Below, piece after piece: positions 1 to 14,131 of a stretch of 64,000 nucleotides of DNA (its first letter is position 1; each line of letters starts with the position of its first letter). The DNA is from Camelus dromedarius (Eukaryota): contig NC_087436.1 in the NCBI RefSeq assembly GCF_036321535.1, positions 66,342,001 to 66,406,000 on the forward strand. The letters run 5' to 3'. The notes under the pieces were generated by a model, which had not been told where the DNA came from, did no database searches, and was given only the letters and a program-made list of their open reading frames with translations. Made by a program: the position numbers and the translations under genes.

Positions 1-134
1 ATTGACACTTGTGTCTCACTCCAGTCACATCTGGTCACCTTTTGGATGGCTTTGATGGGATACATCAGAGGTGCTGTGAGCTGCTAAGTACATGGTCAAA
101 GGGACAAAGAAGTGGCCCTCCAAGCAGGGAGACA

Positions 135-305
135 GATTCGAGTCTTCTATTTGTTACTTAATGAGCTATTTGACCTTTGATCTGTTGTTTGTTAAATTTA
201 TTATTTTATAACTCAGAATGTCTCTTTCCAGAAAACAGAGATAATAAGGATCCAGTGGGTAGCTGTGAGCATTAGGTAAGGTCTTCATATGAAGCACTTA
301 AGGCA
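135..305 (+). mobile_element. MIR SINE fragment
   Basis: Degenerate MIR core: gattcgagtc..ttacttaatgagctatttgacctt..ctcag..gtgagcattaggtaag. Confidence 0.55.
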
Positions 306-1534
306 TTTAAGACCTCTCAAAATGGAACTAAAATTAAAATAATACATACTCATATTTTATATACATTTAATAACTGTCTTTTTGTCTGCTTCCTGTCAGT
401 TCTCACAGATAATACGAGTTGGGGATGCTGACTGTCAGAGTGCAGCATATTTTCATTCCTGTCAGGTTTGTACTCAGAGAACACTTTTGTGAATTGCATA
501 ATTCAAACCCAAAATCGTAAATCATTTGATTTATAGAATGGCCATAGTTCATACAGCAGCATTTCTCTTTTCTTTCTAGACAACACATGCAAGACATCTC
601 CAGAGTACTCACTCCATTCTTTGTTTTCTAATCCACTGTCTGAAGAAAGACCTGAGTCAGTGGTTTTTGTTATCAGGATATAACTCTGCAGTGGCATTTG
701 AATTATTGTGCGCTGTTGTAGTTAGTAATTGCCGCTATGTAAATGCAGATAATGCTCAGCTACTTTTAAAGACAGCTTCATATTTAAGCATACCATAGCT
801 CTGTAAATTGGCAATTCTCAAACAGGAGCCATAATCATAAACCCACAGTTTGTACATGTGATTTAAAAGAGCTTATTTTAAATAATCACTGCTTTGTTTT
901 TGTTATAGACTGCCAAATGATTCAATGTTTTAGTTTTAGTCCTGTTATTTAACTTTGATTTTCAGATCATGTTAGTGTGAGAAATAAAATTTCCGTGAGT
1001 TTATGATAAGCTGTAGAGCAAAATATTTAAAGTTGGAGTTCTACAGTTGGACAGTTTGGCTCATGTTAGCTTAAGTATTTAAGTATATTAGTAATGTAAC
1101 CAGAAAAGCCATAGTTCTATCCATATAATCTATAAACATTCATCTGAATTTTTAAGTTAAATGTAGACATTTTCAGTAAAAAGGAAAGAAAGAACATATT
1201 CCATATACAGATGAAGATTAAGCATGTTGTTGTTAGCACCTGTCTGCATGAGGTGTGAAATGCTGGTCTCATGGGGAAAAAAATACACTTCTATCAAAGG
1301 AGACAAAGATTCCGGTCTTGATGCAGGAGACCTTTTATACAAGTTCAAGTAAAGCATGATTTCTAATTTCCAGACACAGAAGTTGCTACTAAAGATATAA
1401 AGAATAACCTTTGGATATTTTTGTGCATTCTAAAAGATTGTACAATATTGATTTTTAAAAAAAGCTTTGCACATTGACGAATGATTCAAATACAGGTTCT
1501 GTAACAAATGGATATTATGATATTAAAAAAATAA

Positions 1535-1655
1535 ACTCCTTGAGCCTTAGTGTTTACATCCATAAAATGGACATGATATTAACTTCCACAGAGGGTTGCT
1601 GTACAATTAAATAAAAACAAAAGTTATAAAATGTTATAAAAAGGGCCTACAAAGC
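1535..1655 (+). mobile_element. MIR SINE fragment
   Basis: ccttgagccttagtgtttacatccataaaatgg..acagagggttgctgt..attaaat resembles the MIR core. Confidence 0.7.
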
Positions 1656-3309
1656 AAAAAAAATTAGTATTTTTTTTCTTGCTTCCTATCCTAAGGTTTG
1701 AGTTGCCTAGGTATAAAAAGGATCATGAAATGCTTCCTGGAAATTGATGAAACCTGACAGCATTCTTCATGGTTGAAGCTATACAAAATATCTAAATGGA
1801 CAAAATTACAGTTCTTGAGTTCCCTTCTTCTCTGAAAGGAAGATCACCACTCCCCACCCCCACCCCAAAGGCTATCTAGCACTTAGAGAATTTCTGCTGA
1901 GATCTAAGAAGATTTATAAACAGTTATGTCTTACTTAATAACATGCTTCACAGATGCATCTAGGCAACCATTATATTGCTCTGTGCCATACGTACAAGGC
2001 AATTTCTAAAGAAAAACAAAATACTAATAATGATAAAACAAAAACTAACATATACCAAGTTACTGAGTGCTACCATTTTCCTAGATTATCTCATTTAATT
2101 CTTGAACCAGCCTCACCATGTTAGTATTGTTAAAGTATAATTTTCAAAATGTTAAATATATGACCCTTACACAAATATAAATTTATATGTATAAAATATT
2201 TTATTCAAGTCATGCATACTGGAATCTATAATATAGTAAGGCTGTTTCAAATTGCATTTGAGGATCTGGTCATTGATAGGCATTTTAATTAAATAATATT
2301 AGGATAAAACTGATGGTTAGCTACAAAAGTGATTAATGTGGTTAATATTCTACAAGATTATAAACCATAAACTTTGAGGTTATATTTTCCACTGGTCAGA
2401 AACAAATTTACATCTCTACCAGACAAAAGTCTACAAGTAATGTGTAAGTTCACTAATTCTGAGACCTTTAATAAACAGTAAGCAGAGAATGGACAAAGCA
2501 CATTTCCCAAATAATTAAGTAGTCCTCAGGTGGGTCTTTATTCCTGTATAACCACTCACCTTTTAGCTTTATTTCCAAGTTCTGAAAGCCTTTCTTAACT
2601 GTATTATTACAGCCATATTTCAAGTAGTTAAACTGAATTTTAGATAGTTCAGGTCAGTTGTTTAAGGTCCCATACCTTATTCATGTTGAAGTCAAGTTTA
2701 AAACCTAGGTTCTCTTGTTCTAAAACCTTAACTCCTTCCTATCATACTTATTTAATATGCTCGGTAGAGTTAATTGTCTGTGCATTTTATTTTCCTTTAT
2801 CCCTTACACGCATCCTTTCCTTTCCAGTCCCTTTATGGCTATGCTGTAACCTAACCAGCAGCTAACTGAGAAAGACAGAAAGTTAGTCTAGGATTCCCAA
2901 GCTGTGTTCAGTAGGATTGTACAGATACAAGTTTTTCCTTGCCTTCCTGGGTGAAAAATCTGGCCTAACTGGAAATGACATGAGATCAAATTCTGGCTTG
3001 AGCTGACATAAAGCTGTCTACGGAATTTGCTTATAAATAGTTATATTGTTTTACTGTTTATCTGTGGTTATTTGATTAGAGTAACTTAGAATAATACTGA
3101 ATCTATAATTTCCAAAATAAAAAAAAAACCTATTCTCAAGATTTTAGGGAAGGATCCATCCTATAGTACAGATATTCTAAATAGGAGGAGAGAATTTCTA
3201 AGTGAACAGCTCTGTGATTTCCAGCAAGTCACATTCTTGAGGAGATCTTCACTTGACCCCGCTGTCTGAATCCTTGAACTCCTCTCCCTTGTTCATGTCT
3301 TCTCTCTAC

Positions 3310-3364
3310 CCCCTTCTCTCTCTCCTTCTCTCTCTCTCTTTCAAACACACACACACACACACAC
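3310..3364. repeat. Compound (CT)n/(CA)n microsatellite
   Basis: Seen directly. Confidence 0.9.
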
Positions 3365-3789
3365 GTACTGATTGCTATCTATCCATCTACCTATGTACCC
3401 ATGCATCTGTGTATCCATCATCTATTTTCTTTCTATTCTGTGTCTCATTTATTGTAATACAATCTATATGACAATAGAACAGTTTTGTTGTTCTTCACAC
3501 CTATATACACAGGAGCAAGAGACAGATAATTGGCAAATAGTAATAATTGATGGAGTTAACAAAAATGAATTAAAATAGTTTGCATATCTAATGCATTTGT
3601 GTTTTTATAAATCTTTTAATACTTGGATTTACAATTGCTACTGTTAGCTGAAAAGGAATAATTACTTCAGAGTTACCTGAGAAGCTCCTTTCAAGTATCA
3701 CAACCTTAAATTTATAGCCACTTCAATTGTGCTCTATCCATGGCTTGTTTACCAGACTGTTCATAAGACAACGTGTCCTTTCTTAAACA

Positions 3790-5370
3790 GAATTATTGAT
3801 ATGTAGCTGATGTATAATACACTGAAAGTATTTAAAGTGTAAAATTTGGTAAGTTTTGACATATGTATCTGCTCATGAACCAGGACCACAATCAAGGTAA
3901 TGAACCTATTATCGCTCCAAAATCTCCTCACACCCCTTTGTAATAGCTACTTCCTCTCCCTCCTGCTTTACACCTCTCTGCCACATACATATATCCCCAG
4001 GGACACCTGATATATAAATATAGTCAGTCTAACTTTCTTTTCAATTGTGTAACAACGGGGTATCTTTTTTCCATCCTTTTAACTTTAACCTGTTTGTATT
4101 TTACATTTAAAGTTGGTTTCTTATAGCAGTGTATAATTGACTCTTGCAAATATTATACATTTAAACATATCTGCTTTTTAATTAAGCTGATGTTTGCATT
4201 TAGTGTTTTTGATACTTTTGGATGAATACACCACCTTGCTATGTAATTTCTACTTGTTCTGACTGACCAGTTTTCCTTTTTGTCCTTTCTCTACTGTCTT
4301 TGGGTGTAACATGTTATGAGTCCTTTATAATCTACTTTGTTGGAATTGTAGCTATAATTATTTTGGCCAATAATGGTTGCTTTAGAGTTTATTGTATATA
4401 TCTTTCATGTAGCACAACCTACTCCCAGGGCATATTATAGCACTTCATATGTAGTATAAGAACCTTACAACAATATATATACTTCCCTTTTTCCCATCCT
4501 GGCCCTGGAACTGTAGTTGACGTACATTTTCCAACATGGGTCTGCTGTTTCACTGTTTACTTACGTTTGAGAAATACTCTATCATTATTTCCTCAAGCAT
4601 TCTTTCAATTGGCTCTTTTTACCCTTATCTTTTGAGTTCTCCAGTTACAATCATATGAGGCCACTTAAAACTTTCCCAGAGCTCACTAATGCTCTGTTCA
4701 TTTTTGTTTCCATTTTTTCTCTGTTTTATTTTGTGTAGTTTCTTTTGCCATGTACATGGTCAAATTCATGAAATCACAAATTCACTAATACATTCTTTAG
4801 CAATTTCTAATCTGCTGTTAATTCCATCCAGGATTTTCTCAGACATTGTAGTTTTCATCTGTGGTATTCTAGTTGGGTCTTTTTTATATCTTCCTTGTCT
4901 CTGTTTAACATATACTTAGCTTCGTAAGCATGTGGAATACAGTCATAATTTTTGTTTTAAGATCTTTGTCTACTATTTCTTTAATCACTAAATCTCTGTA
5001 TTGGTTTCAATTGATTAATCAAGTTTTCCTGCTTTTCTGTATAACTGATCATTTTTAATGTGATGACAGATATTTTAAAATTACAACCTGATGGGCACTA
5101 GACATTTTTTAATCCCCAAAACATCATTAAGCTTTAATTCCAGACCCAGTTAAGATCCTTTTGAATCTTTTCTTTAAGTTTTTTAGTAGGGTACAGAAGA
5201 GTACTTAATCTGGGACTAAAATTCCCCCAATTCAGAGGCAAAATACTTCTGGGAACACTACCTAGTGTCTCATGAATTATGAATTGTGAGATTTTCACTC
5301 TGACAAATGGCAAAAGGAACTAACTGTTCTTGGCATGCTGAGCTGTAGATATTGTTCTCTCTAATCCTTT
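3790..5370 (-). mobile_element. Old L1M LINE fragments (3' end piece, then ORF2-start/ORF1/5' region)
   Basis: Reverse complement of an L1M 3' UTR (tttaaagtgtaaaatttggtaagttttgacatatgtat..caccacaatcaag-type) and of the ORF2 N-terminus (tatctttttccatccttttaactttaacc). T-rich throughout. Confidence 0.75.
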
Positions 5371-5826
5371 GGAAATATCAGATATACTGCTTTAAAAAAT
5401 TAATGTGTATTTATGCTATATAATTATTGTATTGTGCAAGTTTTAGAGTTTCACTTGTGCACACCACTCTTCACCTTTTTCATACAATGAAAGAAGTCTT
5501 GGTTTAGGTCTAGAAAATGTAAACATTTAAAGATTGATAGGAAGAGTATATAATTACAATTAATGTCCCATAAAATTATTTTATACTTAAGAAGAAATTC
5601 TCTAGATAGTTAAAACTGAAAGTAAGAGAAGGAATTTGAAATCTTTGTCTGATATATAGATTTCACATTAATGGAATTTTCAAGGTCACAAGTGAATATA
5701 ATCAGATTTCTTTTGTTATTTTGTCTAAAAATTCATTTAATGAACAAATGATGTATCTTGTGTGTTTCTCCCTGTATGATGAAAAAGAAATTATAGCAAA
5801 ACCCTCTAAATCATATAGCACTCTGC

Positions 5827-5829
<3 letters not shown>

Positions 5830-5871
<42 letters not shown>
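5830..5871. repeat. (TG)n microsatellite, ~20 units, uninterrupted
   Basis: Seen directly. Confidence 0.97.
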
Positions 5872-5873
<2 letters not shown>

Positions 5874-6763
5874 AATCCTAAGGAAAATGAAGAATGAAGG
5901 CTCCGAGACATTCAAAAAGACAAGTAATTAGAGCTTGCTGTTTAGAAACCTGACTCTTGAGATTCTCTCAACTCTTTTGTCTTTGTTTCTATGCAATTTC
6001 CCTTTTTTTTTTTTTTGTCTACATTTGCTTTCATTTCTTTGTCCTTATTTTGTAATTTCCTATAGTTTCTTAAGATTGGTCCTTTTTCAAATTGTTCTTC
6101 TTTCTGTCTACATCTTTTTCTTAATTTGCCTTCCTCTTATCCAGTCCTTGCAGATCCTCATTTTATATCTGTCTAATTGCTCTGATTTTATCATAAAAGT
6201 CAATGAACGTTGATTAGAAATAATGTACTGCATTAAACATTAGCTCCAAAAATTAGGAATCAGATTGAACGATTTTAGTGATAAAGATGAACCAACTACA
6301 GGAAGCATACTTGCCTTTATCTCTTCTTGTTTAAGCTAATGAACCCTGTGCTGAAGTACAACTTTAATTATTAGCTCTTTCAAGCATCCAAAAAATTATC
6401 AATTTTAAATAAAGTAGTAAAGGAACCTTTATTTAAACCAAGCAAGCCAAGGATGGTTGGTCTAATATTTATGCCCAAAAGACTTCAGCTATGTCTTATC
6501 TGTTCCATTCCTACAGCATGGTGGTTTTGTCTGTCATAATCAGCAAGGTTTAGAAAGAGACATAGGAATGATGGACTTTTAAGCAATGTCCACTGGCAAA
6601 AATTATTTTATAGTATGTGTGATTTTCAATGTGAACTAATCTCCTTATCTTTTTCTAGAAGAATTCATACTAGTTTAGTTGTATTTAGAAGTATTATTAA
6701 ACAATATATTCAAATATTAATGATAATGCCTAAAAATCACATCCTCTACAATGACAAGTGATA

Positions 6764-7128
6764 TGTCTTAGTTTGCTAAGGCTGTTATAACAAAAATACC
6801 ATAAACTGGTGGCTTAAACAACAAACATTTATTTCTCATAGTTCTGGAGGCTTGGAGGTTCATGATCAAGCTGTCAGCACATTTGGTGTCAGATGAGAGT
6901 CCTCTTCCTGGTTTGCAGATGGCTGCCTTCTTGCTGTAGCCTCATGTGACCAAGAGAAAGAGACTGTCTCTCTAGTGTCTCTTCCTATGAGGGTACTAAT
7001 CCCATTCATGAGGACTTCACTCTTATGATCTAATTACTTCCCAAAGGCCCCACCTTCAAAACCATCATACTGGGATTAGAACTTCAATATATGAATTTTC
7101 AATGAACACAAACATTTAAACCATAGCA
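6764..7128 (-). mobile_element. MLT1A-type ERVL-MaLR solo LTR
   Basis: tgtcttagtttgct..ataacaaaataccataaactggtggcttaaacaac..atttatttctcatagttctggagg..ccatagca. Complete, ~365 bp. Confidence 0.9.
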
Positions 7129-9458
7129 AGATGCAATTCAGTAACAATTTCCCACAGGATACTTTACACTTAAACATTTTCAATGAATATTTACTTATAA
7201 AATGAATATATGGTTTGAATAAATAAACAGAAAACAAACCCTGTATTTTAATTTATCTCTTGGAGGTACCATCCAGTAACTTACCCACAAAAGCAAATAT
7301 TTTCCGTTATGATTTTGAAGAAAGGATATAGTCATCAAACATTTGGCACATTACCTAACACTATACTATGTGCTGAAAAAAATACAGTGTTTCATTTTTA
7401 GTTTTCTCTCCTTTACCCTGAGAACATATAAATGAAGATAATAGGCACTTATTTTCTATTCAATCTTGAGTCTTTATTACTATAGGGCCAGTGGGCATGG
7501 TGCACCTTTTCCCAAAACAGAAACTCCAAGGTAAAGGAGTGTAAGTGAGATTCAAATATGGAAGTCAGTGCAATAGAAAGTTGGGTTAATATGAAGTTTG
7601 AGAAAAAAGAGGACCTGGAGTCATGCAGGCCTTCCAGAATGCACTTATGATATTGCACATTGAATTATGGAGGTAGGGTTAGGGTTGTGTCAATCTCAAT
7701 ATTAAAGGAGAATTTGGAAGGAAATACTCCTGTTTCGGGGACTGCTGTGGAATGTGACTGAATAACATGGGAGGGCTATGAGTCCAGACTTGATCCACAT
7801 GGGATAAGAGAGAATGTGTCCAGATTGCCCTCATACTCAAGGTATAAGGGTAAGTGTAAACTTCATTGAAGCTTGTTCTAAGAATGAAAGCACGTTTAAC
7901 AGTATCAGAGAAGAAAAATAGAGAAATGTTGTGGAATAGTCTTGCACATAAAACATATTGTCAACATTTTGTTGTTACATGAAATAAATCCATTTTATTT
8001 TGGAAGATATTTCTCAAAGGGATATGGAATATAAGGGATTAACAAATGTTATCAATACTTATTCTTCTTAAGGAGAGCAGACAGTATATATTTACTAATA
8101 TAAAGACTAAAAGTAAATCCACACCAAAAATACATAATAATTTATAAACAATTAACTGCTTCCTTGAAACAACATGTTATTTTAATAATTTCCAGCCTAG
8201 ATCAAAGTTTTGAGTACTGGAAGTAATTATTCAGTTAGTCTCCTGATCTTGATAGGATCAGCAAGTTCTTTAGTTCTGAGTGACCCCTGTCTAGAGATGT
8301 CACCTACAGGACTAAATCATCATCAGAATGAAAGGAAAAAAGAAAAAGAAAGCAAGAGTAAATAGATACAAGAAAAAATGCATATAATAAAACTATGGTC
8401 CAATATCAGCCACCGTTACTACTGGTGTCCTGAGGTAGCAACTAAATCATTTAGCCTTGCTCTAAGGCAAAACGAATATTTGTCATTTAACACGGGCTAG
8501 CCAAACCAGGTCATGGAAATTTGGTTTTATCTTTCACTACTTTGTTTTATCAGTTTCTAGTTCTAATGGATGTAAGCTATACATATAATCACCAATATTC
8601 TTATCAGCAATGAAAGGAATGATAACTGTCCAACATTATATGTACAAAAATTTAGTCAACTCTCAAAAAGTAATTGCAATTAAAACAGTGGGCCAAGGAT
8701 GGATAATTCAATCTGTGCTATTTCGCTAGGCAACTGAATTAAACTTCACAAGATTGTATCACACTGCTTACTATAGTCAGTAATTCTCAGAAAACCACAT
8801 TAGTGTTAGAGTTCATGTAAATGCATGATTTTCAAAGCAGTTTAAAATTAGGAACACCGATGTGATTTCTGCAACAAATGATTTGGATTGACATTATTCT
8901 GGAAAAAATTATCCTAGGTCTTTGATGTGAAAAAGAAGAAACTAATCAAGAATTTCAAAAATACTTTTTTAAACAATACGCTTGGCAAATTTGTTAACTA
9001 GAACTCTTGAAGAACTTGAGTCCCACATCTAATGAAATAAAAGATAAACAGACTCACTGCTGAGGACATTTGGACAACAAAATTCTGTCTGTGGTGGAGC
9101 TTGGCAACTCAAATTTCTATACTTACCATTTAGCTAGTTAATGAAGAGAATGGCAGACTAGCTGAGGAAGGACATCTTGGTAACACCTGAGGGAAAAATG
9201 CCATCCCTTGATGGTTATTTCCAAAATGCCATTTGACATCTATATATTTTGTTATCAAAATAACTTAGGAATATCTTATCGCTTTACTTATTTTCCCAGC
9301 CTTGCTTTCTTACATGAAGATAGCGGGGCAATTTTTTTCTTTATTTTGATTGGGCTTTTAAAACATTAGTGTAGATCATAATAATTAATATTAATTTTCT
9401 CTTGTTGTGAACATGATACAGCAGCAAACTGACAATCCAAAGTTTAAAGTTTGCTTAA

Positions 9459-9578
9459 GGGGGAGGGTATAGCTCAGGGTAGAATGCAAACATACCTACC
9501 GTGCATGAGGTCCTGGGTTCAATCCCCAGTACCTCCATTAAAAAGAAATAAATAATCCTAATTACTGCCCCAAAAAAC
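9459..9578 (+). mobile_element. Camelid tRNA-derived SINE (Vic-1 type)
   Basis: GGGGAGGGTATAGCTCAG (A box)..GGGTTCAATCCCC (B box)..AGTACCTCC plus A-rich tail. Flanked by similar caaagtttaa(a/g)gtt repeats. Confidence 0.9.
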
Positions 9579-12399
9579 AAAGGTTCAAAGTTTAAGGTTA
9601 ACTTGGTCAATATATTAGTCAATATACATGTGTGCAAACCTCAAAAAATTTCTAAAGTTCTATGACTATGTTCAATGCAAAGTGAAAATAAAATTTGCTA
9701 TATTACATGGTGGAGGGGAATTACATGAGATTAACATTTGTACTTATACTTCCAACAACATACCATACCAGGTATTCTAAAGGTCCAGCCCACAAAAATA
9801 TAATTTGAATCCAAAAAAGGTCTAACATAATTTTAATTCATTGCTACTCTCACTAGGCAGAAGGAAAAATGACAGTTTTTTATTTAATCAGCTCACCTCT
9901 TCCATCCCAGTTATTGTCTTGAACACCTACTCCTTAAGTATCAATAATAAATATTAAATGTAGTCATGCCCTATTATATCCAATCAACAAATTTTATATC
10001 TGGTTTTCAATCTGTCATCCTTCTACCTATCTACTTGTCCATCTTAAAATCATAATATTCAAGGTATGTAAAAAAGTGTGCTGTAAAATAACAATTTGCT
10101 GTGAAGACTATTTCTGTTTCATCCTCATCATTCCCAATAACATAAAAACTTAATAAGTTTTCTCATATACCTGTGTCCTGGTCTTTTTCATCAGCATTCA
10201 TGCTTGATTTAAAGGAGAAAAAAAAACAAGTTCCACATTTAATTATATCAAAACAACATTAAATCTTCAGGTTAAAATAACTTAACATGGATCCTAACTT
10301 AGTGCTTTATATTTCTTTTATTTAGACTCATAATACAAGTTTTTATGAATGTTTGCTTAATTTTATTAACTATTCCAAATACATTTTTAAACTTTGAGAT
10401 AGAGTTTATTAACTACCTCAATATTATCATTTATTAACTACCTCAATATTAATTCATTCTTAACATATGCTTATTAGGTTTAGCTTAACTTAAATTGAAT
10501 AGTTTAGTGATTCCTCTATAAATAATGCACTTTAACACACTGTTGTTAAAATTTATGATTCCCATATCTACCAGTGACTCAATAGTTCTCTTTCCTTTTG
10601 TTGGTAATTTTCATAATGCCATTTACATTGTACTTTTAAGAACACAATATCTTTTTATGTATAGGGATATTATAAGTATTACCAAGTTCAGTTCAAGACA
10701 CAATGTCTTTAACTTCAGGAAAGTAGCTTCACTTAATTAGCATTAACTGATCCCTTTCAGATCTTGGTATGCTATCAGATACTGTCAAATATATAACCTA
10801 GAGCTTAGTTTTCAAGCATGAAATAAAATCACTCTTCTATATATAACAATAATTAGATGTCATATTCCTATCTAGTGTGCCTTTATAAGATAATTTATTC
10901 TTAAGAACTAGGGCACTTTATATTGGACTTAAATACAAAGATTTTTTTATAGTCCACAATAAAATGTTTAAATATGTTTTTCAATTTCATATGGTCATTT
11001 TGTCATCAAATTTTATTTTCATAAACATCTATTTTAGCTGTCTAACTGTAGGTTTTCTAGAAAAGGTAACTTGAAGAAAATGAAAAAGAGTTATAACTGC
11101 CATTAAATAGCCACCTTAGGTTTAGTAAATTCTGTCATGATTTGTATTATATGTGTTGTGTTTATCAGCTGTGTATTAATAATAACTCATGGGATAAGAA
11201 TTTAAAAGGTCATTAATGAATAAAACAATGGGATCACAAGAATTTTTTTAAAATAATTCAGATGTTAAAATTTTAACTAAAAATAGTTTTTACATTAGTA
11301 TTTGGAGAAAATGGAATAAATATCAATTCACAAGAAAAGGAAAAGGAAATTTACAACTGTTAGAGAAGGGTTGCTCAAACTTTAAGGAAAAAATGGATGA
11401 TTATGGTCATCAAATCAATATGGCCTTTAGATTTTATTAGCACATTTAAAATAATGTTGTACAGGATTTTTATGCCAATATAAACAATAAATGCATAAAA
11501 AATTTATAACTGCTTAAATCTAAATAAGTTGGTTGACTAAAGTTCTTTGTCACAGAATAAGAGATCAATAAATATGTGTTTAAAAGAATGAATTAAAAAT
11601 GATAGGACTAGAAGGGCTCCCATGACTCTTTATTTCTCTGATTCAGTGCTGGGGTATGTGAAATTCTGCCTTACTAGTAGATCAGCTGATGACCTTGATT
11701 TGTCCTAAATCAGTAAAGCTTAATTCAGAGCCATGAAAAGAATGAGCTTCTTCAGGTAACATAAATAATACTTGTATTAGTTTACTGGGTAATCTCAATT
11801 ACTGCATGTTTATACAAATATTATTCTCAGTTATCTCAGTCAAGCTCATTATATTCTTTCTTTTTGATCACCTTGAACCTTGAACCAATCTCTGCTACAA
11901 GATGGCCTAAATTAACACTTGGATTATTTAACTGTTCTAGAAATCTGCATGAATTATAAGGGTGTAACTATATGGCTATGTATAGTTGGAGATACTCTGA
12001 GTTAGGTTATTAGCAATAGAATATGATAAGTCAATATAATCAGGAAACAAAATCAATGAGGTACTAGGAGAAAAAGAAAAGATAATGAGGCAGAAGCTAT
12101 AGAATGTTTACATTCTTGCAACTATAGAAAATGAGGTTAAACAAGAACATAGCTGGTGTCTGACCAGGTAGAGCAGAGTCTAGCTACATTTAAACCACAT
12201 AGCCAACACTCTCAGTTTCTCTTGTTAATAATTTTCCTCACAGATATGAGAACACATTGAAAATAGTCCCACTTAAATAAAAAAAAAAATTCACTGGGGG
12301 CAGAATCCTAGGGGTTTTGTAGCTTTAACTTTGAAAAAAAATAGTATTGGAATTTTGGAGGAGTTTGAGTAGAAGACCAAGAATGAGATTACATGATGT

Positions 12400-12820
12400 T
12401 GAATGTCACTTTCTACCTCATTCTTAAGCTTCTAGCCACTGTAGCCTCCTTGCACTCATCTTAGAACTCTATACTCTTGGTTTGTTTATCTCTATGCTCT
12501 TCCTTACAGATTTCTATGACTTTCTTTACATTTGTTAGTCCAAATATCTGAACTTCCTCTGAAAAGCTGTTCCTGATGACACCATCTAAAGAAATACAGA
12601 GTCACTTTCCAAACTCCTGTCCTGCTTAAGTTTTCTTCATAGAGCTTATCACTCTGTTCATCTGTGTATCTAAGTTATCTTTCTATCTCTAGTCCACTAG
12701 GATTCATGATCCATTAGGACAGAAATTTTGTCTTGTTTGTTCACTTATAAACCTAGTTCTTAGAACAGTCCCTACACATAGAGGGTTCTTGCTAATTATT
12801 TGTTTAATGAATGGATGAAT
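12400..12820 (+). mobile_element. L2 LINE 3' end
   Basis: ttttgtcttgtttgttcac..tagaacagtccctacacatag..tttgtttaatgaatggatgaat is the typical L2 terminus. Confidence 0.75.
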
Positions 12821-14108
12821 ATGTTAGAAAGGACAAATATATATATTTAATGACTACTGAATCCAGTTCATAGCAGGTGTCTAATAATAATTTGTTAAAT
12901 GCCATAATAAATGACCTTACAACATTGACTTGATAGCCACAATCTCACCTCCAGTTTCCCAATCATAAAGGAATTTCAACAGTATCATGCAAAGGAATTT
13001 CTGTTGACTCAAAGTCTCCATCAAATATAGGAAAAAAGAATTATATGTCTATAACTAAGGAAATTTTAGATTTAAGTGGATTAGCAGAAAACAGGATGAA
13101 GTAAAGATATTTTCAGTATTTTAAAAGCAAGATACCACTCTTCTGAACTTAAGCATAGAGATTCAAGATAGACAATTTTTGAAAATAATGGTAAATAAAC
13201 AGTACTGGTATATTATACCATAGAAATGTTAATTTGGGAATTGATATCTAGTAAAAGTTACCAAACTCATTTTTAAATGAGAAGTCTTTTAAATAGATAA
13301 ACAAGGTAGTGGAAATACCAAATGTAGTTTTGATTTTAAGAACAATGCACATTGTTTTTACATGACTGATTTATTATTTATTCTTAATTAGCATACAGAC
13401 CTGTCATAGTAATAGGTATCATTAATCATGTTTTAGAATGCTTATGTTGACACTTTATTTCATTATAACTATAAAATCCACATACATATTTAAACAGAAC
13501 AACTTCTACTCTTGGGTAGAATCGTATTTCTAAAATTAAGCCTAAATGAAATAGTACGAGTGGTGTAAGATAAAATTTATGTTCACTTGTTATTTTCTTT
13601 GTGGGACTTTGTAATGTATGAAAATAGTTTTGCACTGTGAATTTGGTATCAAATTACCTGGTTGATTGACACCAAAACCTTTCACATTTGCTTTCTCCAA
13701 GACTAATTCCCTATAAGAAACAATTTCAGTAATTTGTTGACATTAATTTCAGCTCAGCAAATGTTCTATTAAGGAAAGAATTTTAAATGTAATGGCTAAG
13801 TATACTGAAAATGCAGTTGTACAGGGTGGAAATACACAAACTATGCTCACAAAAAAAGATTGAATATCGAGTTCTGGCATACTACTGAATTATACTATAA
13901 TCTAGAGATTGTATTAATTCCTATATGAATTAGTTATGCCTTTACCTTTGAGATAATAATGATTAATTTTCTTTTCATCTACTACTCCCATAGCACAAAA
14001 TGTTACTATCTCCCTATTATAGTAATTGTCATTATCTCTTTTACACAAGGAAAAATAAAAGCTTTAATGCATTCTTGATCTCTCCTTTTACACCAGTCAC
14101 ACCTCTAA

Positions 14109-14131
14109 ACACACACACACACACACACACA
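14109..14131. repeat. (CA)n microsatellite
   Basis: Seen directly. Confidence 0.9.

Noticed and set aside
9459..9535. tRNA gene (likewise at 16959 and 46465)
   Set aside because: A and B boxes are present, but the body, tail and multiple diverged copies mark these as SINEs.
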